Of a stretch of 64,000 bases of DNA, positions 1 through 8,203 are shown piece after piece (position 1 is the stretch's first letter; each line of letters opens with the position of its first letter). Both the position numbers and the translations under genes were made by a program. The notes under the pieces were generated by a model. The model searched no databases and was not told where the DNA came from. It saw nothing but the letters and a program-made list of their open reading frames with translations. The stretch is from Clostridia bacterium (GTDB lineage: Bacteria; Bacillota; Clostridia; Oscillospirales; CAG-382), in NCBI GenBank assembly GCA_017560085.1, contig JAFYPA010000083.1, forward strand, positions 14,517 to 78,516, read 5' to 3'.

Positions 1-91
1 AGGAATATTGTTTTCGGACGAAAAAATGCGATATTCAGCAAAAATATGCTAGAACAAAGCAATACTGTGTTAGTGTGCTAAAGCAAATGTA

Positions 92-120
92 TTGAATTCA
101 GGTTTTGTTTATGGTAGAAT
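92..120 (+). promoter_or_regulatory. putative sigma-A promoter
   Basis: TTGAAT (92-97), 17-nt spacer, TGg-TAGAAT (112-120); lies about 27 nt upstream of the 147 CDS, which has an AGGAG RBS. Confidence 0.4.
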
Positions 121-146
121 AATTACATCAAAATATCCTCTTAGGA

Positions 147-1499
147 GTGGCAATGAACAAAAATCTGAAATACTACAGAATAACTCCCTCGGTGGTAAAA
201 GCCGACACGGAGAGTGAAATAGAAATAAGAAGCTTTGATGGCATAATGCGCTTTTTCGATGACACCGAATATGAGGTATCCTTCATTCCCCGTGAGGTGC
301 AGGAGGTGCCGAGAGGCTCGGAAATTAAGCTTCGAAGCTACGACAAAAGCATAGTGCCCATAAAGGTGTATCCCGAAAACGGTGTTATCAAGGTAAAATA
401 TCGATTTACGGACGAGCAGGCGTGGAGGGTGCATATCAGCACAAACGAATATTTAAAGCATCAGAATCCGCTGTACGAAAAATACAGACCCCATTGGGAC
501 GGCTACATAAAAGAGCCTCAAAACGGAATTGATCTGTTTATTTACTCGGTATACGAAGATCTTTACGGCAAAATCGCAAGAAAAGGTGACCTTCATATGC
601 ACACAAATGTCTCGGACGGCAGAGAAAGCCCCGAGCTTGTATGTGCGGAATCTCGCAGAGGCGGCAAGGATTTTATTGCAATTACGGAGCATAATCTGTT
701 TACAAGCCCGGATAGAGCAAGGGAGCTTTCGGATATAAGCCGTGGTCTTGAGGTTATTCCCGGTGAAGAGGTGCATAACGGATACATTGGTGACTTCCAT
801 ATGGTAAACATCGGTGGCACAAAAAGCGTTAACGAGGTTTTCCTTGACAATCCCGAACGGGTAGAGCGTGAGGCTATGGCTCTTGCTGATAAAGTCCAAA
901 TTCCCGAGGGTGTTGACAAGCGTGAATATCTTATGAGAGTATGGCTTTACAATGAAGCAAAAAATAGCGGAGGATTTGTAATTTTCCCACATCCCTTTTG
1001 GAATCTCGGACGATATCACGTTCCGACAAAAATGACACGGGCGATTCTCAAAAACGGTCTTTGCGATGCCTTTGAGGTTGTTGGCGGTGTAAGACCCTTT
1101 GAGGAAAATTTGCAGGTGGCTCTGTGGAATGACCTTCGTGCGGAAGGTGTGAATATCCCTGTTGTAGGCTCGACGGATTCCCATTCTGCTTTGGACTACC
1201 GACACTTTGAAAAGTATACTGTTATCTTTGGAAAAGACGCAATAAAAAGTATTTCCGACGGCTACAGCGTTGCTGTTGAGGCTTTTCAAAACGAGAACAT
1301 AAGAGTATACGGAAGCTACAGACTCAGCGCATATACTCACTTTCTTCTGGAAAACTACTTCCCGATACACGACGAAATGTGTGCGGCGGCAGGTGAATTT
1401 GCAATGCAGTATGTAAACGGCTGTGAGGATGCAAGGGAGCTTTCGGAAAAGGCAGAAGCGAAAATTGAAAAATTTGCAAGAGATTTCTTCGGAATATAA
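147..1499 (+). CDS. PHP-domain metal-dependent phosphoesterase-like protein with an N-terminal domain of about 150 aa of unknown function
   Basis: 450-aa ORF. GDLHMHTNVSDG...AITEHN matches PHP motifs I/II, and later GSTDSH is histidine-rich. AGGAG RBS. Confidence 0.6.
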   Translation: MAMNKNLKYYRITPSVVKADTESEIEIRSFDGIMRFFDDTEYEVSFIPREVQEVPRGSEIKLRSYDKSIVPIKVYPENGVIKVKYRFTDEQAWRVHISTNEYLKHQNPLYEKYRPHWDGYIKEPQNGIDLFIYSVYEDLYGKIARKGDLHMHTNVSDGRESPELVCAESRRGGKDFIAITEHNLFTSPDRARELSDISRGLEVIPGEEVHNGYIGDFHMVNIGGTKSVNEVFLDNPERVEREAMALADKVQIPEGVDKREYLMRVWLYNEAKNSGGFVIFPHPFWNLGRYHVPTKMTRAILKNGLCDAFEVVGGVRPFEENLQVALWNDLRAEGVNIPVVGSTDSHSALDYRHFEKYTVIFGKDAIKSISDGYSVAVEAFQNENIRVYGSYRLSAYTHFLLENYFPIHDEMCAAAGEFAMQYVNGCEDARELSEKAEAKIEKFARDFFGI

Positions 1500-1527
1500 A
1501 TTAAATCAAGAGAGGTTTTAGACAACA

Positions 1528-2424
1528 ATGGAGCTCGGAATAGATATAGGCGGCACAAACGTAAAATTCGGTGTCGTTGACGGACTTGAGATTATATATA
1601 AGTGCGAAATCCCCACGGGAGCAAAAAGACAGGATACGGAAATTGTGGCTGACATTATCACGGAATGCAAGAAGATACTTGCAAAGTACGACAAAATCGA
1701 AAAAATCGGCATAGGCTCTCCCGGAGGAATCGACAGTGAAAACGGTGTGATTCTGGGGGCTGCGAACATCAACTTCAGAAACACTCCCATCTGCAAAATG
1801 ATTACCGATGCCACGGGAATTCCCGCAAGAGTCGGCAACGATGCAAACTGTGCGGTGCTCGGCGAGCTTTATGCGGGCTACGGCAGAGAGTATAAGAATC
1901 TCATCCTTATAACCCTCGGTACGGGCGTCGGTGGCGGCATTATCATTGACGGAAAGCCCTATCTCGGTACAAGAGGCGATGCGGGCGAAATCGGTCATAT
2001 GATTATAAACTGCGACGGAGAAAAATGCGGCTGCGGTCAGGACGGCTGCCTTGAGGCATATGCTTCCGTTACCGCTCTTATAAAGCAGACAAAGAAGGCT
2101 ATCGAGGAAAATCCCGACTGCTATATGGCAAAGCACGCCGAAAAAATAGGCAAGGTTTCGGGAAGAACATCCTTTGACTCAATGAGAGCGGGCTGCCCCG
2201 TGGGAGCGAAGGTTGTCGATAGCTATCTTGGATATCTCGCCATAGGCATAAAGAGCATCTACCAGATTTTCAGACCGGATGCAATCGTTATCGGCGGTGC
2301 TATTTCCAACGAGGGCGAATATATGACAAAGCCGATTATCGAAAAGCTCGGCAATAAAAATGTACTTGTTGCCACATCAAGGCTTAAGAACGATATAGGT
2401 ATAATCGGTGCGGCAAAGTGCTGA
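1528..2424 (+). CDS. glcK: ROK-family glucokinase
   Basis: N-terminal GIDIGGTNVKFGVVD ATP-binding motif and the ROK zinc motif GHMIINCDGEKCGCGQDGCLEAYAS. Confidence 0.8.
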   Translation: MELGIDIGGTNVKFGVVDGLEIIYKCEIPTGAKRQDTEIVADIITECKKILAKYDKIEKIGIGSPGGIDSENGVILGAANINFRNTPICKMITDATGIPARVGNDANCAVLGELYAGYGREYKNLILITLGTGVGGGIIIDGKPYLGTRGDAGEIGHMIINCDGEKCGCGQDGCLEAYASVTALIKQTKKAIEENPDCYMAKHAEKIGKVSGRTSFDSMRAGCPVGAKVVDSYLGYLAIGIKSIYQIFRPDAIVIGGAISNEGEYMTKPIIEKLGNKNVLVATSRLKNDIGIIGAAKC

Positions 2425-2452
2425 TTTGCGCTAAAGAGGTAATATAATTCAG

Positions 2453-3067
2453 ATGATTCTTACGGAAGAAAGCTATATAAACAAAAACTTTTCCGACTAC
2501 GGATACTTTGACGGCGACGAGTTTTCCAAGAAAAGCTTCAAGGGCTGTCATATGCGTGCGATGGACCTGGAGGACAAAATCTTCAGAAAGTGCAGCTTTG
2601 ACGATTGCGATTTCTCAATGACCCACTTTACGGGCACGAAATTCCACGGATGTACATTTCTCAACTGCACATTCTCCAATGCGAACATCCTCGCCGCCTC
2701 CTTTGAGGGATGCCGATTTACGGGCTCATCCTTTGTAGGCTGTGATATGGGCGGAGCGAGCTTTGAGAGCTGTGACTTCTCCTATGCGATTCTCTTCGGT
2801 ATGAGATATAAAAAGAAGGACATTTTCGGAATGAATTTTACCGAGGCAAGACTCAACGACTGTGTTTTTGCCGAGTCCAGATTCTCCTCCTGTAAATTCA
2901 CAAGAGCGGTATTCAACAATGTTTCCTTCGAGAAGTCCGATATCCGCGAGGCGGAATTCTCAGGCTCGAATCTCACTGTCTGCAACCTTCATAAAAGCAA
3001 AATTTCCGTCTCTCAGGCAATAATGCTTGCGGAGAGTATGGGGGCTGTCTGCGAGGATTTTGTGTGA
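2453..3067 (+). CDS. pentapeptide-repeat protein
   Basis: Long run of A(D/N)LxX-type pentapeptides, e.g. CSFDDCDFSMTHFTGTKFHGCTFLNCTFSNANILAASFEGCRFTGSSF. Confidence 0.8.
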   Translation: MILTEESYINKNFSDYGYFDGDEFSKKSFKGCHMRAMDLEDKIFRKCSFDDCDFSMTHFTGTKFHGCTFLNCTFSNANILAASFEGCRFTGSSFVGCDMGGASFESCDFSYAILFGMRYKKKDIFGMNFTEARLNDCVFAESRFSSCKFTRAVFNNVSFEKSDIREAEFSGSNLTVCNLHKSKISVSQAIMLAESMGAVCEDFV

Positions 3068-3156
3068 ATTTGTCGAAAATACTCGTCTTTTTGCACAAAA
3101 ACGCGAGTGTGAATTAGTGCGAAATTACCCCTAACTCCGATTTTTCGCCCGATTAC

Positions 3157-3185
3157 TTGACAAAATACGCGATTTATCATATAAT
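3157..3185 (+). promoter_or_regulatory. consensus sigma-A promoter
   Basis: Perfect TTGACA (3157-3162), 17-nt spacer, TATAAT (3180-3185); 36 nt upstream of the 3222 start. Confidence 0.6.
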
Positions 3186-3221
3186 ATAGCCGTGCTCCAA
3201 AAACACAAAAGGTAGGAATAT

Positions 3222-3449
3222 ATGATAGATATTAACGTAAAGCTTAATACCATGAATGATGTCAAGGAATTCTGCAGCATTCTTTCCGGTTATTCCTTTG
3301 ATGCTCAGCTCGCATCAGGTGGCGACATTGTAAATGCAAAGTCCATAATCGGAATATTCAGCCTTAATCTCAAGGGTAACACGGTTCTCTCCGTTGACAC
3401 GCAGAATCTGCTTGATTTGCCGGAAAAGATTTATAAGTATATGGCGTAA
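3222..3449 (+). CDS. HPr-like (Crh-like) domain protein lacking the His15 phosphorylation site
   Basis: 75 aa. IVNAKSIIGIFSL aligns with the HPr Ser46 region (VNLKSIMGVMSL). The position of GIHARPA reads NTMNDVKEF, so there is no His. Confidence 0.55.
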   Translation: MIDINVKLNTMNDVKEFCSILSGYSFDAQLASGGDIVNAKSIIGIFSLNLKGNTVLSVDTQNLLDLPEKIYKYMA

Positions 3450-3472
3450 AAACAAAATACGGCGAAAGAAAA

Positions 3473-3506
3473 CCGTCTCCGAAAAATCGGGGACGGTAAT
3501 TTTTTA
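3473..3506 (+). terminator. intrinsic terminator, probably bidirectional
   Basis: 10-bp stem CCGTCTCCGA/TCGGGGACGG (one G-U pair), AAAA loop, followed by TAATTTTTTA. An A-rich tract lies on the other side, between convergent genes. Confidence 0.6.
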
Positions 3507-3517
3507 TGTATCCGTTA

Positions 3518-4318
3518 TCAGAACTTGTTTTCGCCGGGCTTTAATTCAACGGGCTTTCCGTCAACGTCAATCCACACGGAAATAGCAGACGGGTTGTATG
3601 CCATATTCTTGTCTATTGAATAGTCAACCATTCTCTGCGCTCTTACATAGTCAAATACCTCGATGTTTGTTGCGTACCATACGTCGGGATGATTTGCCGC
3701 CTTTTCGCAGAAGCCTTCTATTACGTTCCAGTTGTCCTTCATATCAAACTCATATGAATGTCCCCAGATATAAAGAAGAGGCATATTGAGTCTGAAGGGA
3801 GGCATATTTACAAGGTCATCCCAGAGCTTGTCGAGGTTGCCGTTGTGGTGAGTTGTGGGATGAAGAACCATAAAGTCCTCGGGAAGTCTGTAATTGTTTG
3901 TTGCGACGGTTGTTCTTGCGTAGTTCATTCCGCAGTCGTGACAGAGTCTTGCAACTCTTTCGTCATAGGGACCGTTGGGATATGCCATACCTCTTACGGT
4001 ATATCCGCACCACTCTTCAAGAATCTGCTTGTCACGCATAATTTCCTCAAGAATGATTGTGGAGGGAAGCTCGGGAAGTGTGGGATGTGTATGAGAATGC
4101 ACAGCAACCTCGTGTCCCGCATAAAGTGTGGCAACGTCCTTTGTCATAACGTGATCGCCGTTGTCACGCATAAAGCCTGAATTTAAGTTGAATGTACCCT
4201 TCATTCCGTATTTGTTGAAGATTTCTACAAGTCTGTAGTCCTGCTTTTTGCCGTCGTCGTAGCTGAAGGTGAGACAGCCCTTTTTGCCGTCCTTCCAGAG
4301 TCTGTTTTTGATTTTCAT
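3518..4318 (-). CDS. polysaccharide deacetylase (CE4/NodB family), cytoplasmic
   Basis: NodB motifs TFSYDDG and HSHTHP, plus AYPNGPYD. No signal peptide. Confidence 0.8.
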   Translation of the reverse strand: MKIKNRLWKDGKKGCLTFSYDDGKKQDYRLVEIFNKYGMKGTFNLNSGFMRDNGDHVMTKDVATLYAGHEVAVHSHTHPTLPELPSTIILEEIMRDKQILEEWCGYTVRGMAYPNGPYDERVARLCHDCGMNYARTTVATNNYRLPEDFMVLHPTTHHNGNLDKLWDDLVNMPPFRLNMPLLYIWGHSYEFDMKDNWNVIEGFCEKAANHPDVWYATNIEVFDYVRAQRMVDYSIDKNMAYNPSAISVWIDVDGKPVELKPGENKF

Positions 4319-4354
4319 AATAGTTTCCTCTCTTTATATATTCGTATTTTACTT

Positions 4355-5164
4355 TCAGAATTTGTTTTCGCCGGGCTTTAATTCAATCGGCTTTCCGTCA
4401 ACGTCTATCCACACGGAAATAGCAGACGGATTGTATGCCATATTCTTGTCAATTGCGTAGTCAACCATTCTCTGCGCTCTTACATAGTCAAATACCTCAA
4501 TGTTTGTTGCATACCACACATCGGGATGGCCGCCCGCATTTTTGCAGAAGGTCTCGATTTTATCCCACATATTCCAATCCTCAAAATTGTATGAATGACC
4601 GTACATATAGAAAAGCGGCATATTGAGTCTGAAAACGGGGATATTTACAAAATCCTCCCAGAGCTTCATAAGTGTGTCGGGCTCCGTAAACTCGTTGCAG
4701 GTCGGATGGAAGAACATAAAATCCTCGGGAAGACGGAACTTTGATGTGGACGCTCCCGTTCTTGCGTAGTTCATTCCGCAGTCACGGCAAAGATTTGCAA
4801 TTCTTTGGTCAAAGGGACCGTTGGGATATGCCATACCTCGCACGGTGTGTCCCCACCACTGCTCAAGAAGCTGCTTGTCACGCATAATTTCCTCGATAAT
4901 TATTGTCGAAGGAAGCTCGGTGAGGGTAGGATGTGTGTGGGAATGCACTGCGACCTCGTGACCCGTATAAAGTGTGGCAACATCCTTTGTCATAACGTGA
5001 TTGCCGTTGTCACGCATAAATCCGGAATTTAAGTTGAATGTACCCTTCATTCCGTTTTTGTTGAATATATCTACAAGTCTGTAGTCGTGCTTTCTACCGT
5101 CATCGAAGCTGAAGGTAAGACAGCATTTCTTGCCGTCCTTCCATAGTCTGTTCTTGATTTTCAT
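4355..5164 (-). CDS. polysaccharide deacetylase (CE4/NodB family), tandem paralog
   Basis: Same motifs (TFSFDDG, HSHTHP). I place the start at internal Met56 of the ORF track (CAT at 5162-5164) because MKIKNRLWKDGKK matches the paralog N-terminus. This removes the overlap with the upstream gene. Confidence 0.8.
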   Translation of the reverse strand: MKIKNRLWKDGKKCCLTFSFDDGRKHDYRLVDIFNKNGMKGTFNLNSGFMRDNGNHVMTKDVATLYTGHEVAVHSHTHPTLTELPSTIIIEEIMRDKQLLEQWWGHTVRGMAYPNGPFDQRIANLCRDCGMNYARTGASTSKFRLPEDFMFFHPTCNEFTEPDTLMKLWEDFVNIPVFRLNMPLFYMYGHSYNFEDWNMWDKIETFCKNAGGHPDVWYATNIEVFDYVRAQRMVDYAIDKNMAYNPSAISVWIDVDGKPIELKPGENKF

Positions 5165-5282
5165 GGCAGGTATCCTTTCGGTTTGTGTTACTTCAATTAT
5201 ATTTCTTTTGTTCTTGTTTGTCAAGATTTTTCTGTGAATTCCGAAAGAAAAAAGGGACAGCGGAATGTGCCGTCCCATAGCG

Positions 5283-7259
5283 TTATTCTGCGGTATATCT
5301 GAATATTGCGGAGCTTCTCTTTTCGGCAAGTCTTACGGTAAATCCGTTTTCCGAAAGAGCTCCTCCGTCAAGTACGGCTTTCTCGCCCGTGTCGATATTC
5401 GTAAATGTGTAGTTCTTGTCTTTATCCACCGAATAAAGCTCGAAGCACGCCTCGGTAAAGGGGGATGCGTCACGGCGGAACGCAAGAAGAATACCGTCGT
5501 TTTCCTCGGGTCTGTCAAATTGTGTCGCAGACCATGTTGTGTGGTCGTCCGTCGGCTTTGTAAGCGGATAAATATCCTCCGAAAAGTAGGGACGGAGCGA
5601 AAGATATTCCTCAAGACATCCCTTCAGCCACGCAAGCTCATCCTTGTTTTCACCGAAGGGCATATGCTTTGAGAATGTAAAGCAGGTGGAAAGTGCCGTG
5701 CCGTAAGCGCTTCTGAAGTGGTAGGTGTCGTGATAAGTGCTTCCTGCGTTTGTGCCCGAATAAGGCATCCAGGAGCCGAAATTCTGCATATGCGTCTGTG
5801 CAATTTCACTCTCGTAGTTGCCGTAGCAATATGCGTCGCTTCGCCAGAGTGGTATGCTTCTTCTGAGAGTTTCAATATCAATTCGTCTTCCGCCCGAGGC
5901 ACAGTTATCTATAATAAGTCCCGGGAATTCCTCAAGAAGCGTATCCCAGAATCTGTAAAGCCCCATTATGTGCTTGATTTCCGTGATGCCCCGTCTGTCC
6001 TCGGTGTCGTATTTTCTGAAATGCTCCAGAGGTCTGAAGTTGAAATCCTGCCTGTAGCAGTCAATACCCATCGTTCTTATTGCGTTTGCGGTTTCGTTGT
6101 AGATGTAATCCCACGCATCGTCGTTGCCGAGATTCAGAAGAAGGTTGGCTTCTTCATCGTTAAGGGCGAGGAAATATTCGGGATGCTCCTCTGTTACGGG
6201 CATACCCCTTACAACTCTTTCAGGCTCAAACCATAAAAGGAATTTTCTTCCGCTCTCGTGTATTGCCTTTGAAAAATCAAGAAGTCCGTCGGGATGTGTA
6301 AACTCGCTTGGGTGCCAGTCGCCCGTGAATTTCGACCAATGGCAGGAGCGGTCGTATTCGTCTGCCGTGGGAGTTGTTGTGCGACCGTACCAGCCTGCAT
6401 CCATCCAGATATATTCAAAGGGTAGCTTGTTCTCGTCAATTATCTTTACTCGCTTGGTGCAGAGCTCACTTTCAAGTCCACCCCACATATTTGATGCCAG
6501 CGGACCGAATTTCGGTTGTCCTTCACCGCCTATTGCAGAGTAATTTTCCTTGAGAAGCCTTCTCCATTTGTTGTGTGCGTGTACCGAGCCGCAATCGTAG
6601 GGCATAAGTACAATTGAGGATGTGCGGATTTTTTCGCCGGGAAGAAGTCTGAAATGGGTGTCCTCGATTTTTGTCTGAATAAGCACCGAATCGGGATTGC
6701 GCTTCATTCTGCAATTCCATTGTCCCGTCCAGCCTATTGCGAAAATCACACCGAAGCTCTGCTTTTCCACCTCGAAAAAGGGAGCATTTATGTCACTTGA
6801 GCGTGCGCCTGTGCTTGCATAGTTTCTTTCCTGACCTACTCTTATGTGATTGATTCTGCGCTCGCCTATGTATTCATCCACCTCCGTGTGGAACTCGTAA
6901 AGCTGCGCATTTGAGCCGTTGGGGGCGTGGATGATTGTGTGCTGTCTTATGTCGGGATATTCTCTTGAGTATCTGTATTCCTCCTCGTGGGGGAGAGGTA
7001 TTTCCACATCACAGTCCTTGAGTGCGCAGACAATTTCCGTCGGTGCGTCGCCGATGCATTCAAGATAGTTTACCCATTCGTATGAGCCGAATTTTTCGTT
7101 TTTTGTTGCGATGTTGGTTATGCGAAGACCGTTTTCGAAGGTGTATACTCTTGTGAGAGTGCTTCCGCTTTCCCTTTCTTCAAGAGTGTAGTCTTGATTC
7201 CAGGCGTATTTACCATTGTACCAAAAGCTGAAAAGCTTGTTGCTTTTAAGGAATTCCAT
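5283..7259 (-). CDS. GH36-family alpha-galactosidase-like glycoside hydrolase
   Basis: DNCASGGRRID resembles the GH36 C-x-SGGGR-x-D acid/base region, and CYRQDFN resembles the K-x-D nucleophile region. Start moved to Met23 (7259), which has an AAGGAG RBS. Confidence 0.75.
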   Translation of the reverse strand: MEFLKSNKLFSFWYNGKYAWNQDYTLEERESGSTLTRVYTFENGLRITNIATKNEKFGSYEWVNYLECIGDAPTEIVCALKDCDVEIPLPHEEEYRYSREYPDIRQHTIIHAPNGSNAQLYEFHTEVDEYIGERRINHIRVGQERNYASTGARSSDINAPFFEVEKQSFGVIFAIGWTGQWNCRMKRNPDSVLIQTKIEDTHFRLLPGEKIRTSSIVLMPYDCGSVHAHNKWRRLLKENYSAIGGEGQPKFGPLASNMWGGLESELCTKRVKIIDENKLPFEYIWMDAGWYGRTTTPTADEYDRSCHWSKFTGDWHPSEFTHPDGLLDFSKAIHESGRKFLLWFEPERVVRGMPVTEEHPEYFLALNDEEANLLLNLGNDDAWDYIYNETANAIRTMGIDCYRQDFNFRPLEHFRKYDTEDRRGITEIKHIMGLYRFWDTLLEEFPGLIIDNCASGGRRIDIETLRRSIPLWRSDAYCYGNYESEIAQTHMQNFGSWMPYSGTNAGSTYHDTYHFRSAYGTALSTCFTFSKHMPFGENKDELAWLKGCLEEYLSLRPYFSEDIYPLTKPTDDHTTWSATQFDRPEENDGILLAFRRDASPFTEACFELYSVDKDKNYTFTNIDTGEKAVLDGGALSENGFTVRLAEKRSSAIFRYTAE

Positions 7260-7276
7260 AACAGCACGCTCCTTTT

Positions 7277-8155
7277 TTATATAAACATACAAGTCCCCGC
7301 AAGACAAACCGCCATAGCAATCCACTGATTCCTTGACGGTCTTTCACGGAACACAAGCATCCCTGCAATTGCGGAGAAAATGATGCTTCCCGCCGTTACA
7401 AGCGGATAAAGCACTCCCGCGGGAATTGACTTTGCGCCTATAAGCTGTAAATAGTATGAAGCACTGTCCGCAGCCGCCGTAAGAGTAAATAGAATTACCG
7501 TGCTTCTCGTAACACAGCTTCCGAATTTTTCCGAGGCTTTTTTTGTAAGCATTACCGCAACGGGAAAGCAGAGAAGAATCTTCGCAATTGCCATAATGAA
7601 AATAAAGCTTTCCGAGTTTACGGGATTGTACACCGTGTTAATCTGATGTACCTTTGAGGTAACCGACATAAATCCGTTGAGAATAAACACAGCAACGCAC
7701 ATAAGAATCTGACTCCTTGTGGGCTTTATCGCGCCCGTGTTGGAAATAATGACCGCCGCAACGATAAGCACAATACCAAGAAGTCGAAGAAGCGAGAACG
7801 CCTCATCAAGAAAGGCAAGCCCGAAAAGATAAGGCACAAGCATTCCGCCCGTCATAAGAAACATCGTGTAAAGCGGCATATTCCCCGCACGAAGAAGCTT
7901 GAAGCCGATTACCATATAGGAAAGACATATGCCTGTCGCAAGCACCGCCATTATTGCGGAAAAGACGGAAAATTGCAGCTCATACACACCGCAAAGAGTC
8001 AGTACGGAAAAGATTACAAGCGTGGCAAGTCCCGCAAAGGCATTGAAGGTAAGAGTCGCACGGGCACTTGTTCCCGCTATGCTCTGATATTTTTTCTGAA
8101 ACACAAAGCAGAGTGCAAGAAGTGCATCCGCACCGAGAATGAGTAGGTAATGCAT
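7277..8155 (-). CDS. DMT-superfamily (EamA/GlcU-like) transporter with about 10 TM segments
   Basis: 292-aa polytopic hydrophobic protein with a two-halves architecture; embedded in the sugar cluster. Substrate unknown. Confidence 0.6.
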   Translation of the reverse strand: MHYLLILGADALLALCFVFQKKYQSIAGTSARATLTFNAFAGLATLVIFSVLTLCGVYELQFSVFSAIMAVLATGICLSYMVIGFKLLRAGNMPLYTMFLMTGGMLVPYLFGLAFLDEAFSLLRLLGIVLIVAAVIISNTGAIKPTRSQILMCVAVFILNGFMSVTSKVHQINTVYNPVNSESFIFIMAIAKILLCFPVAVMLTKKASEKFGSCVTRSTVILFTLTAAADSASYYLQLIGAKSIPAGVLYPLVTAGSIIFSAIAGMLVFRERPSRNQWIAMAVCLAGTCMFI

Positions 8156-8170
8156 TTTTGATTCCTTTCG

Positions 8171-8203
8171 ATTATTTCAGATTATTTCAGATTATTTCAG
8201 ATT
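8171..8203. repeat. 10-bp tandem repeat (ATTATTTCAG x3.3) spanning a stop codon
   Basis: Read directly: attatttcag attatttcag attatttcag att. The third unit contains the TAA stop (8192-8194, minus strand) of the GH36-like gene. Confidence 0.9.
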
